NCBI RefSeq assembly: GCF_006345805.1
Contig: NW_021834111.1
Span: 1 to 26,943 of the forward strand
From: Octopus sinensis
Taxonomy: Eukaryota
Direction: 5' to 3'
Length of the DNA stretch: 26,943 bases
Shown here in pieces: positions 1 through 11,662 of the stretch. Under the pieces are notes generated by a model. It had not been told where the DNA came from, did not search any database, and saw only the letters and a program-made list of their open reading frames with translations. How positions within the stretch are numbered: the first letter of the stretch is position 1; every line of letters starts with the position of its first letter. Position numbers and translations under genes: made by a program.

Positions 1-146
1 CGAAGATGTTTTATCGACCTCAGAATAATGAAAAAAATAAAAAGAAAAGTTGACTTCGACGGGGTATGAACTCAGAATGTAAAGGGACGTAACTAAACAC
101 TGTAAGGTGCTTTGTCGACGCTCTAACCGTTCACCCAATCAACGGC
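1..146 (-). mobile_element. Degenerate SINE family A fragment (head and body)
   Basis: Reverse complement resembles the family A head/B-box and TTATCGACC body seen in better copies at 5828-6226 and 15610-16007. Confidence 0.6.
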
Positions 147-204
147 TTTTGTTTTTTTTGCATTGATGATATTTCCCCCACGACTAGAATCGTAAACAAA
201 TTGT

Positions 205-347
205 CTCCAGCTGGAATTGAGATCTACTTTGCTTTTCTCACTTCCTGGTTCGAAAAAATACAGTACCAGTCAAGTACAAGGGTCGATGTAATCGACTAAC
301 CCCTCCCGCCAAAATTGCCGGCTTTGTGCCACAAATAAAACCATTAT
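205..347 (+). mobile_element. Degenerate SINE family A 3' part
   Basis: AGTACCAG...GGGTCGATGTAATCGACT...AAAATT..GGCTTTGTGCC matches the 3' monomer of family A. Confidence 0.65.
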
Positions 348-1284
348 ATCATTTTATCTTCACACATTTCGTCCAGTTCAACTAATCCCATTCAGTTTTA
401 TTTATTTTATTCTTTTTTATTTTTTTGTATTCTTTATGGTGATTTTAGACATTTTACTTTTATTAATTTTTATATATTTTTTGTATTATATAATTTTATT
501 TATTTGATTTTACTATTTTTCCTTTTATTTAAAACGCACCTTCAGCGGGATTTGAACTCAGAACATAAATGGCGGTTGCTAAGTACCGCAAATATGCCAT
601 TCACTGTCAGAGAACACCAATTACACACAATGTCCGCTTCGCCAGTGATTGCCATTTCCGACTTGTTACATCCATCTTGTTGACTTCCGAATTGTTTGTT
701 TTGCAAGCGATTCTCTCAACCTTTCAGGAAATTTAAGTTGCCCTGTCAGCAAGCATCGTTTTGGTAACTGTTGCCAAAATACTGGAATGCCCTTCCTGTT
801 TATCTACGACGATCAAACGTCACAGTTAAACACTCATTAATCACCGGTTTGTCTTGAGAGTCAGCAGCATCAATCACAGAATGTTTTAAGCTTTTAAATA
901 ATAAATATTTATGCACAGTTGACATTATAAGACTCACGGTGGAAACGTCGACAAACGTAAAAAGAATAACAAAAAAGATATTTACATTTAGTTTTCATAG
1001 CGTGGCTTATAATTTAAACTGTTAGCATCCTACATTAAATTTATCCCAGAAATTCTAATCTTTTGTATTTTCATAGCGCTATCAATGGCAGTTTCTTTGT
1101 TTTAGAATTTCAACGGTTGCTGCTCTTGACTAATGTTATTATAGCAATCAGTCTCAGGGCCAATGGAGTGTCACGATTAACAGAACAACGGGTCAAAATG
1201 CTTCCCGGTATTTATGTCTTTCTTCGTTCTGAATTCAAATAATGTTAGAGTCAATAAACCAGCACTCCGTCGGTTACGACGACG

Positions 1285-1762
1285 CGTGTTCCAGTCGGTC
1301 CGATCAACGGAACAGCCGGCTCTTGAAACTAACGTGCAAATGGCTGCCCCCTTCACAGATATGCGTACCCTTAACGTAGTTCTCCCGGAGATTCACCGTG
1401 ACACATCCAATGTGACAAGACTTGTAGATCACACACCAAAGTAGTACCGATGGTTCTCTGGTCGGGCTATTGCCTTATGCACCAGAGTATCGGACGCTGT
1501 TATATACAGCTCGTCACAAGGTGACTCCTTACATTGTTGTCGTTCTTGAATGACGCGACCCCACTGGTTCGGCGGGCAGGCCAACAAATCCCCTGAACGG
1601 ACGCGAGTTCGTCGAAGGGTTGACCCATCGACAGCTAAGTGGACTGGAACAACGTGAAATGATCTGCTTTGCTCAAGAGCACAACGCACCACCAGTCAAG
1701 CAAGCGAGACCACGAACGCAAGATCGTGAGTTCAACATCCTAGCGACAATATCATGTGCCTT
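1285..1762 (-). mobile_element. tRNA-derived SINE family C, long copy
   Basis: GCTCAAGAGCACAACGCACC..AGACCACGA..GATCGTGAG matches 10140-10382 and the reverse complement of 22492-22720; relatively CpG-rich. Confidence 0.7.

Positions 1763-1763
<1 letters not shown>

Positions 1764-1825
<62 letters not shown>
1764..1825. repeat. (CA)n(TA)n microsatellite
   Basis: Directly visible. Confidence 0.95.
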
Positions 1826-1826
<1 letters not shown>

Positions 1827-2060
1827 AAGAGAAAGAGATAAGTTATATTAAATCTCTGAGAGATAAACAGTAACTGTACGGAATCGTAAAATATGTTTGC
1901 CAAAACTAAATGTGGTGGTCCTATAGAGGACGGTGTTACTGTTGTTTTTAGCCCCAAGAAGACATCTCCTCCAGCTGCCCAACGACACACAGTCTGAGTC
2001 CGATTAGTATATGCGAGGGAGGTCATTGCTCCCACCTCTAGCCTTACACATACACACACG

Positions 2061-2136
2061 TATGTATGTATGTATGTATGTATGTATGTATGTATGTATG
2101 TATGTATGTATGTATGTATGTATGTATGTATGTATG
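2061..2136. repeat. (TATG)19 microsatellite
   Basis: Directly visible perfect tetranucleotide array. Confidence 0.97.
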
Positions 2137-2645
2137 TTTGTGTTTACCGGTATAAACCTGTGTCTATTACTTCGAGTCATAACTTAGTAGTTCGATAAGT
2201 AGAGAACGATGGCACAAATACACAATTAAAATAAACATTGGGGGTTGATATGAATGATTGAATGAAGAACCTCATGGCAGTGTCCCACCATAGCTGCTGT
2301 ACAAAACCAGGGACCATTAAAAGAATGTATGCAGAGATCAATTTAAAAACAAAAGAAGAAAGAAATTACAGTACAAAAATATCACTGTATATTATAATTG
2401 ATGCCATGTGTAAGGTAACATTTCGTCCCTGGGGAAGAAATGGCTCTCATTTAAATTTGAAACCGTTCTGCTATTACTGAAATCTACAAATGCATAATAG
2501 ATAAAACAAATAGACATAACATAAGAAAAAAAAACAGTTTAAGTCTTTAGAGTTAAGAAGAAAGAAAACGGTTGATTAACTTGATATAAGATGTCTACCT
2601 ATGTATCGTATTTGTAAAATTAACGATTCCTTAGTTTTTTGAAAC

Positions 2646-3059
2646 CGGAAGACGGTGAGCTGGCAGAATAGTTTGCGCGCAGGACGAAATGCCTAGCGGT
2701 ATTTCGTCTGCCGTTACGTTCTGAGTTCAAATTCCGCCGAGGTCGACTTTGCCTTTCATCCTTTCGGGGTCGATTAAATAAGCACCAGTTACGCACTGGG
2801 GCCGGTGAAATCGACTTAATCCGTTTGTCTGTCCTTGTTTGTCCCCTCTGTGTTTAGCCCCTTGTGGGTAGTAAAGAAATAGGTATTTCGTTCGTTGCTG
2901 CGTTCTGAGTTCGAATTCCGCTGAGGTCGACTTTGCTTTTCATCCTTTCGGGGTCGATAAATTAAGTACCAGTTACGTACTTGGGTTCGATCTAATCAAC
3001 TGCCCCCCCTACCCCACAAATTTCAGGCCTTGTGCCTATAGTAGAAAGGATTATTGTTG
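2646..3059 (+). mobile_element. SINE family A, full dimeric copy
   Basis: Head GAGCTGGCAGAA, B-box-like GAGTTCAAATTCC, two internal GAGGTCGACTTTGC.TTTCATCCTTTCGGGGTCGAT units; possible 10-bp TSD TTTTTGAAAC at 2636-2645 and 3060-3069. Confidence 0.9.
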
Positions 3060-3284
3060 TTTTTGAAACGGTATGGTATAATGTAAGAACATTCGGTTGT
3101 TATTTATAGTAGGTCAAGCGATCTCGTAGAGCTTCCGTTGCTAGCTCAAGGTCGCACAGTTACGTAAGACCTTTTGTTGGCGTTGTTCTGTCAACACGGA
3201 ATCGATTTGGAACAAATCTGTTTTCAATTAAAACATTTTAGTTTCGCTAAACCAAACAATGTTCTCTTTATTTTCTTCTTTCAG

Positions 3285-3445
3285 TTTTTTTTTTGTTTTT
3301 CCTTGTTTTCATTTCTGCCTTGCACTTATCCCTTGATGCTGCAAACAAAGACCTTGAGGCAGCAGATAGAAAAGAAGCCAACAAGAGGTTGCTGCAGCGA
3401 CAGTTTTATGATAAAACGCCCATGTTATTGCACGGCGATATCTAA
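3285..3445 (+). CDS. Speculative coding exon of a small secreted peptide precursor
   Basis: TTCTTCTTTCAG acceptor; phase-1 frame FFLFFLVFISALHLSLDAANKDLEAADRKEANKRLLQRQFYDKTPMLLHGDI*; no homolog recognised. Confidence 0.12.
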
Positions 3446-4050
3446 TTTATGTTGCAGCTGCCTTCTCTGTTATGAAAATGTACAAAACCAACAGCAACAA
3501 CAAAATAAAAATATATATATAAATATATAAAAAAACGAAAACAAACATAAAAAAAGGAAAATAAACACCTTAAACTTATGGGGGTGTGCATGTTTTCTGT
3601 TGTTGCTTTCATAGTTTATTCTGTTCCAGATAAGTGTATTTTTGGTTTATCTCCGGTGGGGCGCGATCAGAGCGATTGGGGACGCACAATATTTGCGGTT
3701 TAGCAGATTTTTCGTTTTCTTTCTCTCTTATCATAACACGTAATATGTATTTTCAAGAAGCTGAGTACAAACAACTCAGGATATCTCTTACAATCTGTGA
3801 CACTGTTTACTAGGTTTCTCTCCCTCCCATCTCCAGTGGAAAAAAGGTAAAGTTCTTAAGTTGTCAGAAGCGCCTCAAGTTCTTGGTCTATTAATACCTT
3901 TCAATTTTTTTCGTACCATTTCATTATAACTTATCTCATAATTTCACAAAAGTTTTCTCGCCCAATGCAAATATATATATATATGCTTTCGGTGCGAATG
4001 GTTTTTTTTATTACGGCTCCATGATTTACAATCCTGTAAATAATAATGAA

Positions 4051-4322
4051 GGTATTTTTATACAAGCTTAAAGTTTGTGGCGATCACTGTGCAATGACTA
4101 AGGAAAAATAGTCTAATAAAGAGGCATATAAGCCTTCGACAGAAAAAAGAAGGCTTTCCTATCCGCGTGGGAGACGAACTCACATCCCTTTGTTAACGCG
4201 ACCAAGTGTTTTAAGGAAAGCCTTCTTTTTCTGTCGAGGGTTTATATGCCCCTTTATTAGACTATTTTCCCTTAGTCATTGCTCGGTGATCGCCATAAGA
4301 TTTAAGCTTATATAAAAATACC
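4051..4322. mobile_element. Fold-back/MITE-like element with ~110-bp inverted arms and a tRNA-like spacer
   Basis: 4051-4160 is the reverse complement of 4214-4322 with 10 substitutions and 1 indel (manual alignment). Confidence 0.8.
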
Positions 4323-4760
4323 ATATATATATATATATATATATATATAAACACACGATTTGAGTTCCATTTTTCCTGTTTTGCATCACCAAAACTACAC
4401 ACACACACACGTCTGCACACATTGATCCTTATATCACTGCTATGCACCCGTTTTCTCGCTAGAGTTTGAACCGTATAGGAGCGAAGTGCCGAACAATATA
4501 CACCAACGGATATAGTTTAGTGTTCAGCTGACAAAATACCCACAAAATTGTAGTTAGATTTTAATGAATCAAATGTGAGAATCAAATCTGTCTCTGTTAT
4601 TTGGAACCGCTGCGAACGACTCTACGTTCTCTCTTAGTTGATTGAGGGCCCAAGCTAACTAGAGACTCACCAATTTTTCTATTTCACTCCAGAATCCATA
4701 GTCTGCCATACAACTAATCCTTCTTCTATACATATAATTTCACATACATTTTCTCCAAGT

Positions 4761-4791
<31 letters not shown>

Positions 4792-5563
4792 CAAGCTATC
4801 TTCCCTTTTGCTATTGCTGAAACTGTACAGAGCTATCCCAATGAAAGTGAAAGTAGATGTTTAATAATGGGAGCCATAGATATGAAAAAGCGCGACCATA
4901 CACAGATATCACACAATAGTCACAAGCAAAAATAACTGATAAAGAGCCAAAATTAGCTTTATATGAAGCAAATTAAATAGTTTTCCAAGGTGCGAATATT
5001 TGCTTCATAATGTAATTTGTCTAATACTCTACAAAATTAAATCACAAAAAAAGACTGGAACAAAACAAAAACAAAACAACAGTATTACTTTAAAATATCT
5101 CTTTTATGGGACTATCCAAATTTCCCTGTTTAAACTTCTGTCTTGAGATAACCTCTATGAATAAAACTACAGACGGTAATCTTAAATGTTTCCGCAAATA
5201 AACCTTCATATTCTGTTTTAGCGAAGGCATAAATCTTTCCCGGTTAGCACGCCACACTGCCAAGGGTAATATCTACGGGTGCTGTTGTAGAATTACAGAC
5301 TTAAATGTTACTTTGAGACGTAACAAAACTCCGGAAAAAGATATTTAGTTGCTCTGTGGGTTGATAACTCTGATATCTTATCTACATGACGAGTCGCTAT
5401 CTCCAGAATGAATATTAAATGGAAATAAAGAAAAAGAATAAAAAGTCAACGACAGCTGTTAGAGATGGCAATTTACTGAATGAAATAAATTGCATTCTAC
5501 AGTCGTTTCTCAGTGTTCTGATTTCAAATCCCACTAGAGCCCTTCATTATTAATAAAACATGA

Positions 5564-5755
5564 GGCGATGAGCTGGCAGGGTCGTTAGCACGCCGAGCGA
5601 AATGCTCAGCGGTATTTCGTCCGTCTTCACGCTCTGGGTTCAAATTCCGCCGAGGTCGACATTACTTTTCACCCATTCGGGGTCGATAAAATAAATACCA
5701 GTCAAACACTGGGGTCGATGAATCGACTTATCCATCGAACTTGCAGGCAAAATTT
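5564..5755 (+). mobile_element. SINE family A, monomeric diverged copy
   Basis: GGCGATGAGCTGGCAG head, GGGTTCAAATTCC B-box, GGGGTCGATAAAATAAATACCAG body. Confidence 0.88.
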
Positions 5756-5827
5756 TAAATAATGTTAGTAAAATATGTATCAGTAATATATCAGGGTTCT
5801 TTAATCGTCTATTATTTCTACACTTAG

Positions 5828-6226
5828 GAGGCGGCGAGCTGGCAGAACCGTTAGCACGCCAGGCGAAATGCGTAGCCGTGTTTCGTCTGCCGTTGGCGTT
5901 CTGAGTTCAAATTCCACCGAGGTCGACTTTGCCTTTCATCCTTTCGGGGGCGATAAATTAAGTACCAGTTACGCACTGGGGTCGATGTAATCGACTTAAT
6001 CCGTTTGTCTGCCCTTGTCTGTCCTCTCTGTGTTTAGCCCCTTGTGGGTAGTAAAGAAATTGGTATTTCGTCTGTCTTTACGTTGTGAGTTCAAATTCCG
6101 CCAAGGTCGACTTTGCCTTTCCTCCTTTCGGGGTCGATAAATTAAGTACCAGTTACGCACTGGGGTCGATCTAATCGACTGGCCATCTCCCCTCAAATTT
6201 CGGGCCTTGTGCCTAGAGTAGAAAAG
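5828..6226 (+). mobile_element. SINE family A, full dimeric copy with TSD
   Basis: Complete two-unit structure; 17-bp TSD ATTATTTCT(A/C)CACTTAG at 5811-5827 and 6227-6243. Confidence 0.93.
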
Positions 6227-6473
6227 ATTATTTCTCCACTTAGAAAACATATCTCGCACCTCTTCAAAAGGAACTTAACAAGCGTTGTAAAAGGTTTCAT
6301 GGTAATTCTGTTTATAAATTTCTTATTTTGTTTTAAAGAAAAACATTGCATAGATAATATGTTAGCATAATGTTATTCTCACAGCACGCAGCATGTACAT
6401 AACAGCAGGCAAACGAGAAACTATATTATATTTATCATCTTTTCTATTCTATATATTTTTTTGTTTTACCCAG

Positions 6474-6746
6474 CTGTGATCTGGGAAGGCAAGTAATTAT
6501 ACAGAGAACCTCATAAAGCAAACAGATTCGAATCATAACAGAAATGAAGAAAGGATTTATGTAAACAGAACAGGGCCGAAATATGGCGATTTTATAGTGA
6601 AATTCACAGCACTTAATCTTCTCAGCCAACACTTGGAAACCAATTCACATTCCATACCTATATTATTGCAGCCTTCTGTTCTGTGTACAGTCATGTCTCA
6701 TAACTCAGTCGGTTGCCTGGATACAAACGGAACGCTTAATCTTTAT
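6474..6746 (+). other. Candidate exon (273 nt) with a PKD-domain-like motif and an early TGA
   Basis: Strong acceptor TTTTTTTGTTTTACCCAG ending 6473 and donor GTAAGT at 6747; frame open after codon 2; contains GDFIVKFTALNLLS. Confidence 0.22.
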
Positions 6747-7285
6747 GTAAGTAGATTCATGAATGGATAATCTGTTGAGGTATCTTCTACTGCCTTCCCC
6801 GAGAAAGCAACGAGGAGAACTGAGTCTTGCAGACTGACAGAACACAATACAACGCGGTGTTCGTGTATCTTTCAGATGCCTTTGTTCATATTCCCAGCAC
6901 ATATGTAAAGCTAAGCGAAGTGAGCCATTGAAAATGAAGGAATATTTTGGCTCCGGACGCTGTAGCTGTTGAAGACTGATACAAACATTTGGTCCTCTTG
7001 GGTCAAATTTACCAAGCAATCGTCTCAATCATTTAACCAACGAAGCGCTGGAATTTGCATTTACATAGCATGGACTTCTGAAAACATTTTATGAAAATGA
7101 GACTACCATGCACACATGAAAAAATAGTTAAAATACCTTCTTAGTATATAACGGTGGCAAGTTTTACATAATCTGAAAAGTCATTAGTTGAACTATTAGT
7201 CCTTTTGCATTCTGGGTGGGGGGTATCGGAGCGTTTGTGTGACATTAGACCCCAACAAACGCCTATAAATTAAATGCATCTATCT

Positions 7286-7337
7286 GGGCCACGTTCGTGG
7301 CTGTCAGACAACGGTCGACAGGCCACGATCGTGGCCC
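7286..7337. repeat. GC-rich nested palindrome / 52-nt hairpin
   Basis: GGGCCACGTTCGTGGCTGTC ... GACAGGCCACGATCGTGGCCC; each arm is itself palindromic. Confidence 0.85.
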
Positions 7338-7459
7338 TTCGTGCTTTATGTGTTAAGGCTCTGCGCACATAAACTAATAATTTTCTTAAATCGGAAGGAC
7401 TCACAATACCGTTGCTTGACTCGGAGCCGGTCTGGTTTCTGCACCGACATTTTATTTTT

Positions 7460-7815
7460 TAATTGCTTCAGTCATTGGACTGTGGCCATGCTGGGGCATC
7501 GCCTTATCGACCTCAGTACTATATATTAAGTCTGATATTTACTCTATCGGTATCTTGTGCCGAACCACTAAGTTATTGGTACGGAAAGAAACCAGCACCG
7601 GTTGTCAGGCAGTGGAGGGGGGTCAAGTACAAATGCAAACACACACACACGGCGCACATATCTGTACATACATACACACACACACATATATACGACGGGC
7701 TTCATTCAGTTTCTGTCTGCCCAATTCAATCACAAGGAATTGGTCGGCCGCAGCTGAGTAGAAAATACTTAACCAAAATGCCACTAAGTGGGACTAAAAC
7801 TGCAATAGCAACCAA
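7460..7815 (-). mobile_element. tRNA-derived SINE family B
   Basis: TTCAGTCATTGGACTGTGGCCATGCTGG...CGGTTGTCA...(CA)n...CAAGG..TTGGTCGGCC; reverse complement of 14556-14955. Confidence 0.85.
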
Positions 7816-7933
7816 ATCTCCTTGAAATTGGGAACGAAAATTTGATGGAGACGAATAAGAAGAAAATACGGAATGATTTAAACCAAAAGCCCCTTGATTC
7901 TAGAATTGTGACTGGTGCTTTAACGATCGGGTT

Positions 7934-8037
7934 TCAATTCACAGTTGAATCCGTTTCTACTCCTTTACTCTCATTAATACTCTCAGAGGAAGCGTGAACT
8001 TCATCAACACCCATCTCAGAAGTTTGTGATGTTTTCA
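7934..8037 (-). CDS. Candidate terminal coding exon, acidic Ser/Thr-rich tail
   Basis: Minus-strand acceptor GCTTCAATTTTCAG, phase 1, encodes KTSQTSEMGVDEVHASSESINESKGVETDSTVN*; no homolog recognised. Confidence 0.25.
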
Positions 8038-8057
8038 CTGAAAATTGAAGCAAGCGC

Positions 8058-8085
8058 GGGGGTGGGGTGGAGTGGGGTAGGAGGG
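8058..8085 (+). other. Potential G-quadruplex
   Basis: GGGGG-T-GGGG-TGGAGT-GGGG-TAGGA-GGG fits G3+N1-7 x4. Confidence 0.55.
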
Positions 8086-9545
8086 CGTGGTATACGAAGT
8101 AAAAGTCATTCATGGTAATCTAGTGAACTAAACCAAGGAAAGAATAAAAGAATTTCGACATTCAACATGTTACAGAAACGGTGTATCGTATTTCACAGTA
8201 TTTCACGCCTCTTCAGGCCCTATTCACTCAAACAGACACACAGTCACGTAAAAATCTGAACACAAAACAAATATAGTATCCACGCGTATATAACAAATAT
8301 ATTATTCTACTGACGCACACAGAGTCAATAACTGCAAAAGCGATTAACTTCAGAGTCTTCTGCCTTTTTTTTTCTTTTTCAACCTTTTCTAAGTATATAA
8401 AGGCTGCAATAAACAAAATTTGGGGTGGGCAGGTATTACAGCGGAAACACCCCTCTTCTTTGCTAGGGTTTCAAGTAACATCCCTTTCAACAACCCTTAG
8501 TCCTCGGAATTTTGTAAAAGTGTTTATATAACTAATTATGACATTGTATTTGATAAAACATCAAATATCAATTATCTACATCTCTAATTTATTTTGGATT
8601 CTTTATTTTTTTCACTTTTTAAAAATATATCTCATCGTTACCACAAAGTTGTATGAAGCGCTTGGTACCATCCTCTCGAAATGTCTTTTTCATATTCTGA
8701 CATTAAACAACATTTAAATGATGCATTTTAGAACACGTGGTAAAAGTAAATCTAAGCAACGTATGAAAACCCTCGGTTGAGTAAGTCAGTACTGGGCCTA
8801 CTTTAACTTTTTCTCCCTAATTGTGTAACCTGAACTGCTGTTCATTGTACAATCGTGATACATCTAACAAAAGAACGCATGCCAAGGAAGGCACAAATGC
8901 AAAAATAAATCGACACTGATATCCCTTCTAGTCACAGTTCACATCGCATGTAAAGCTTTCCTTGTCGAAATTGTCTAATAATATCAAACATACGCCTAAG
9001 CGTATCGCAAGCACACACGTAATATACACGTACGAAACCACGGCATGATACATCGAATCACCTGTTGTCAATGGTGAGACATTTAAATAGGAGTACACGA
9101 ACGCGTGCACAGACACACACACACACATGTCGGTGAATGATTCTGTTTTAACGTAACAGTTGCTAAACAGAGCAAGTATATTTTAATAGAAGTCTCTTGA
9201 AACGTTAAGCCTGAGTTTTTCATAGTCGTTTATTAAAACGTTTCATGTAGGGAAGCAGCGTAACAATACATTCGTAAAAATATTCGCAAATGTATTGAAT
9301 AACAATAGGCATTTACCGAGGACTTTCTAAGTGATAATTAGCTAAAGCAGAATATTCCTGCATAAGTTTGCCATACCTTAAAAATTGGTCAATAGACATA
9401 CACGCAAAAAATGCAATTATTTTTTTAGACTAAAACATTATTAGCAATAACTGTCTCTCTTGATCGGGTGGGTGTTGTACGTATGATACTGCGTTATACA
9501 TCTAATTCGCCGTATATAACAGACAAAAAGATCACGTGATCTGCG

Positions 9546-9605
9546 CAGATGAAATACGGCTACGCATTTCGTCCGGCGTGCTAGCGATTCCACCAGCTCG
9601 CCGCC
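9546..9605 (-). mobile_element. SINE family A head fragment
   Basis: GAAATACGGCTACGCATTTCG.CCGGCGTGCTA is nearly identical to 15951-15983. Confidence 0.85.
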
Positions 9606-9919
9606 CTAGGATAGAATAGATATTACAAGTCAAAAGAATGACCATGCAATATTTCACGATAGACTTAAGCATAAAAAAAAAATTTCATTATAGAATCAGT
9701 CAAACAAAACGTCATTTCGAATCTCAGATAAACTGCAGCGAAAATTCGAATTGACTTGAAACCAACTCCTTTCATACGAGAAGGTGAGATCAGTTCGAGA
9801 TAGGTCTGACGATTTAAAGCCCATGAATTTGTTGAATTTGATTGAATTCAATATGAAGTTTAGCAGGAATTCGAAATGCGGAGCAACATATTTTGACACT
9901 TATTCCATACTATAACGAT

Positions 9920-9920
<1 letters not shown>

Positions 9921-9976
<56 letters not shown>

Positions 9977-9985
9977 ATATATTTA
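9921..9985. repeat. (TA)n microsatellite
   Basis: Directly visible. Confidence 0.95.
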
Positions 9986-10139
9986 TTATTTTTTGAAAAA
10001 AACATTATAAATTTTTTCCCCTTTCTTATCTTAAAAATTTGCTTTCAGTTTAGCATTCTGCCTTTTTATTATTATTTTTTCCTTTCCTCCACGCGCGGTT
10101 AACACATCCCCACCATTTAATGACTTATATATATATCTC

Positions 10140-10382
10140 ACTGTATCGACCAGACTGTCAGATGTTGTTATATACCGCTGGTCACAATGCGCTTACTTGC
10201 ATTGTTGTAGCTTTCGAATGGTGCCATCCCGCTGGCTAGGTGAGCAGGTCAACATTCTCCAGAACGGAGCAGCGTGGAATGAATTGTTTCGCTCAAAAGC
10301 ACAACGCACCGCCGATCTGGGAATCGAAACCACAATCTTGCGATCGTGAGTGCATCATCCCTAATCACTGGGCCACGGTGTT
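10140..10382 (-). mobile_element. SINE family C
   Basis: GCTCAAAAGCACAACGCACCGCC..GGGAATCGAAACCAC (B-box reverse complement)..CACTGGGCCACG. Confidence 0.8.
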
Positions 10383-11335
10383 TCACACACACACACACAC
10401 ACACACGTATATAAAATGCAAATACACTTACATACATAATCACAATATCCTCTTACTGTCAAAACGAAGCTCGATGCTTGGGAATGGTTCCAACTATAAC
10501 ACAGTTCTTGGATTTCTGCAAAGACTGGCAGGAACTGCTTGACGATTATTATTATTATTACTATTATTATTGTTCATATTATGGTCTTTTTTTCTCCGTG
10601 TTGAATTTCCAGGTAAATCAGAAAAAAAAAGAGAAAAAAAAAATGTATGGAAAAAGAACAACAAACAAAAACTGGAATAACGCCATAAAATTTTGTAGGA
10701 ATCGTGTCGTTGACTCGATTGTTTTTGGTGTTTGTCTGGTTCTTATTTCATCGTTTCAATCTGGGAAGGATGAAATAAACGCTAAGTCAATAACAGCAAG
10801 ATTTAAACACTGAACGTAGAGCGATGTAAGTAAATACACGGAAAGTGTTTCGTTTGCCGCTTTACAAAGTCTTGCATTCCCCGTCTTTTTGCTGGTGGTG
10901 TTTTCTTTAAAGCCATTCTGAATTGTTTCAGTGTATTAATGTAACATACAAGTCCACGCCCGCTATGTTCTGCGGTTTCTTTCGAATGTTTTTGTTGTAT
11001 GCTAATTGAGAATCATTTTGCTAGCTGAAGGCTCAACTCTCCATTGTCTCTTGAAGCCAATGGAACTCTGTGTCTGTGCTTCCTTACAACGTCTCTTGCA
11101 GCATTGCATTGCATAACCGAATTTTGGGAGATTGAAAGAGAAGAGTTAGACACGGTACTTTACTCGTATCTTATATATCGACCTCAGGAAGTATGAATGG
11201 ACTGTTTGAGAATTAAGTATCTCGGTTACTGACACAGTTCTGCACTGAGAAGAGAATAGGATTTGAACTGACGAGCTTTCAGCTGGTTTTTCGCTAACCT
11301 ATTCACGATACTGAACCCACATTTTTCAGTTCTCG

Positions 11336-11337
<2 letters not shown>

Positions 11338-11374
<37 letters not shown>

Positions 11375-11662
11375 TATATTATATATATATAATATATATG
11401 TGTGTGTGTTGTGTGTGTGTGTGTTGTGTGTGTGTGTGTGTGTATGCATGTATGTATGCATGTATGTATGTATGTATGTATGTATGTATGTATGCATGCA
11501 TGTATGTATGTATGTATGTATGTATGCATGCATGCATGCATGTATGCATGCATGCATGCATGTATGTATGTATGTATGTATGTATGTATGTATGTATGCA
11601 TGCATGCATGCATGCATGTATGTATGTATGTATGTATGTATGTATGTATGTATGTATGTATG

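Noticed and set aside
4645-4730. Minus-strand mini-exon with GTGAGT donor (RISCMADYGFWSEIEKL)
   Set aside because: Weak acceptor, too short to assess, and inconsistent with the putative stop exon at 7934.
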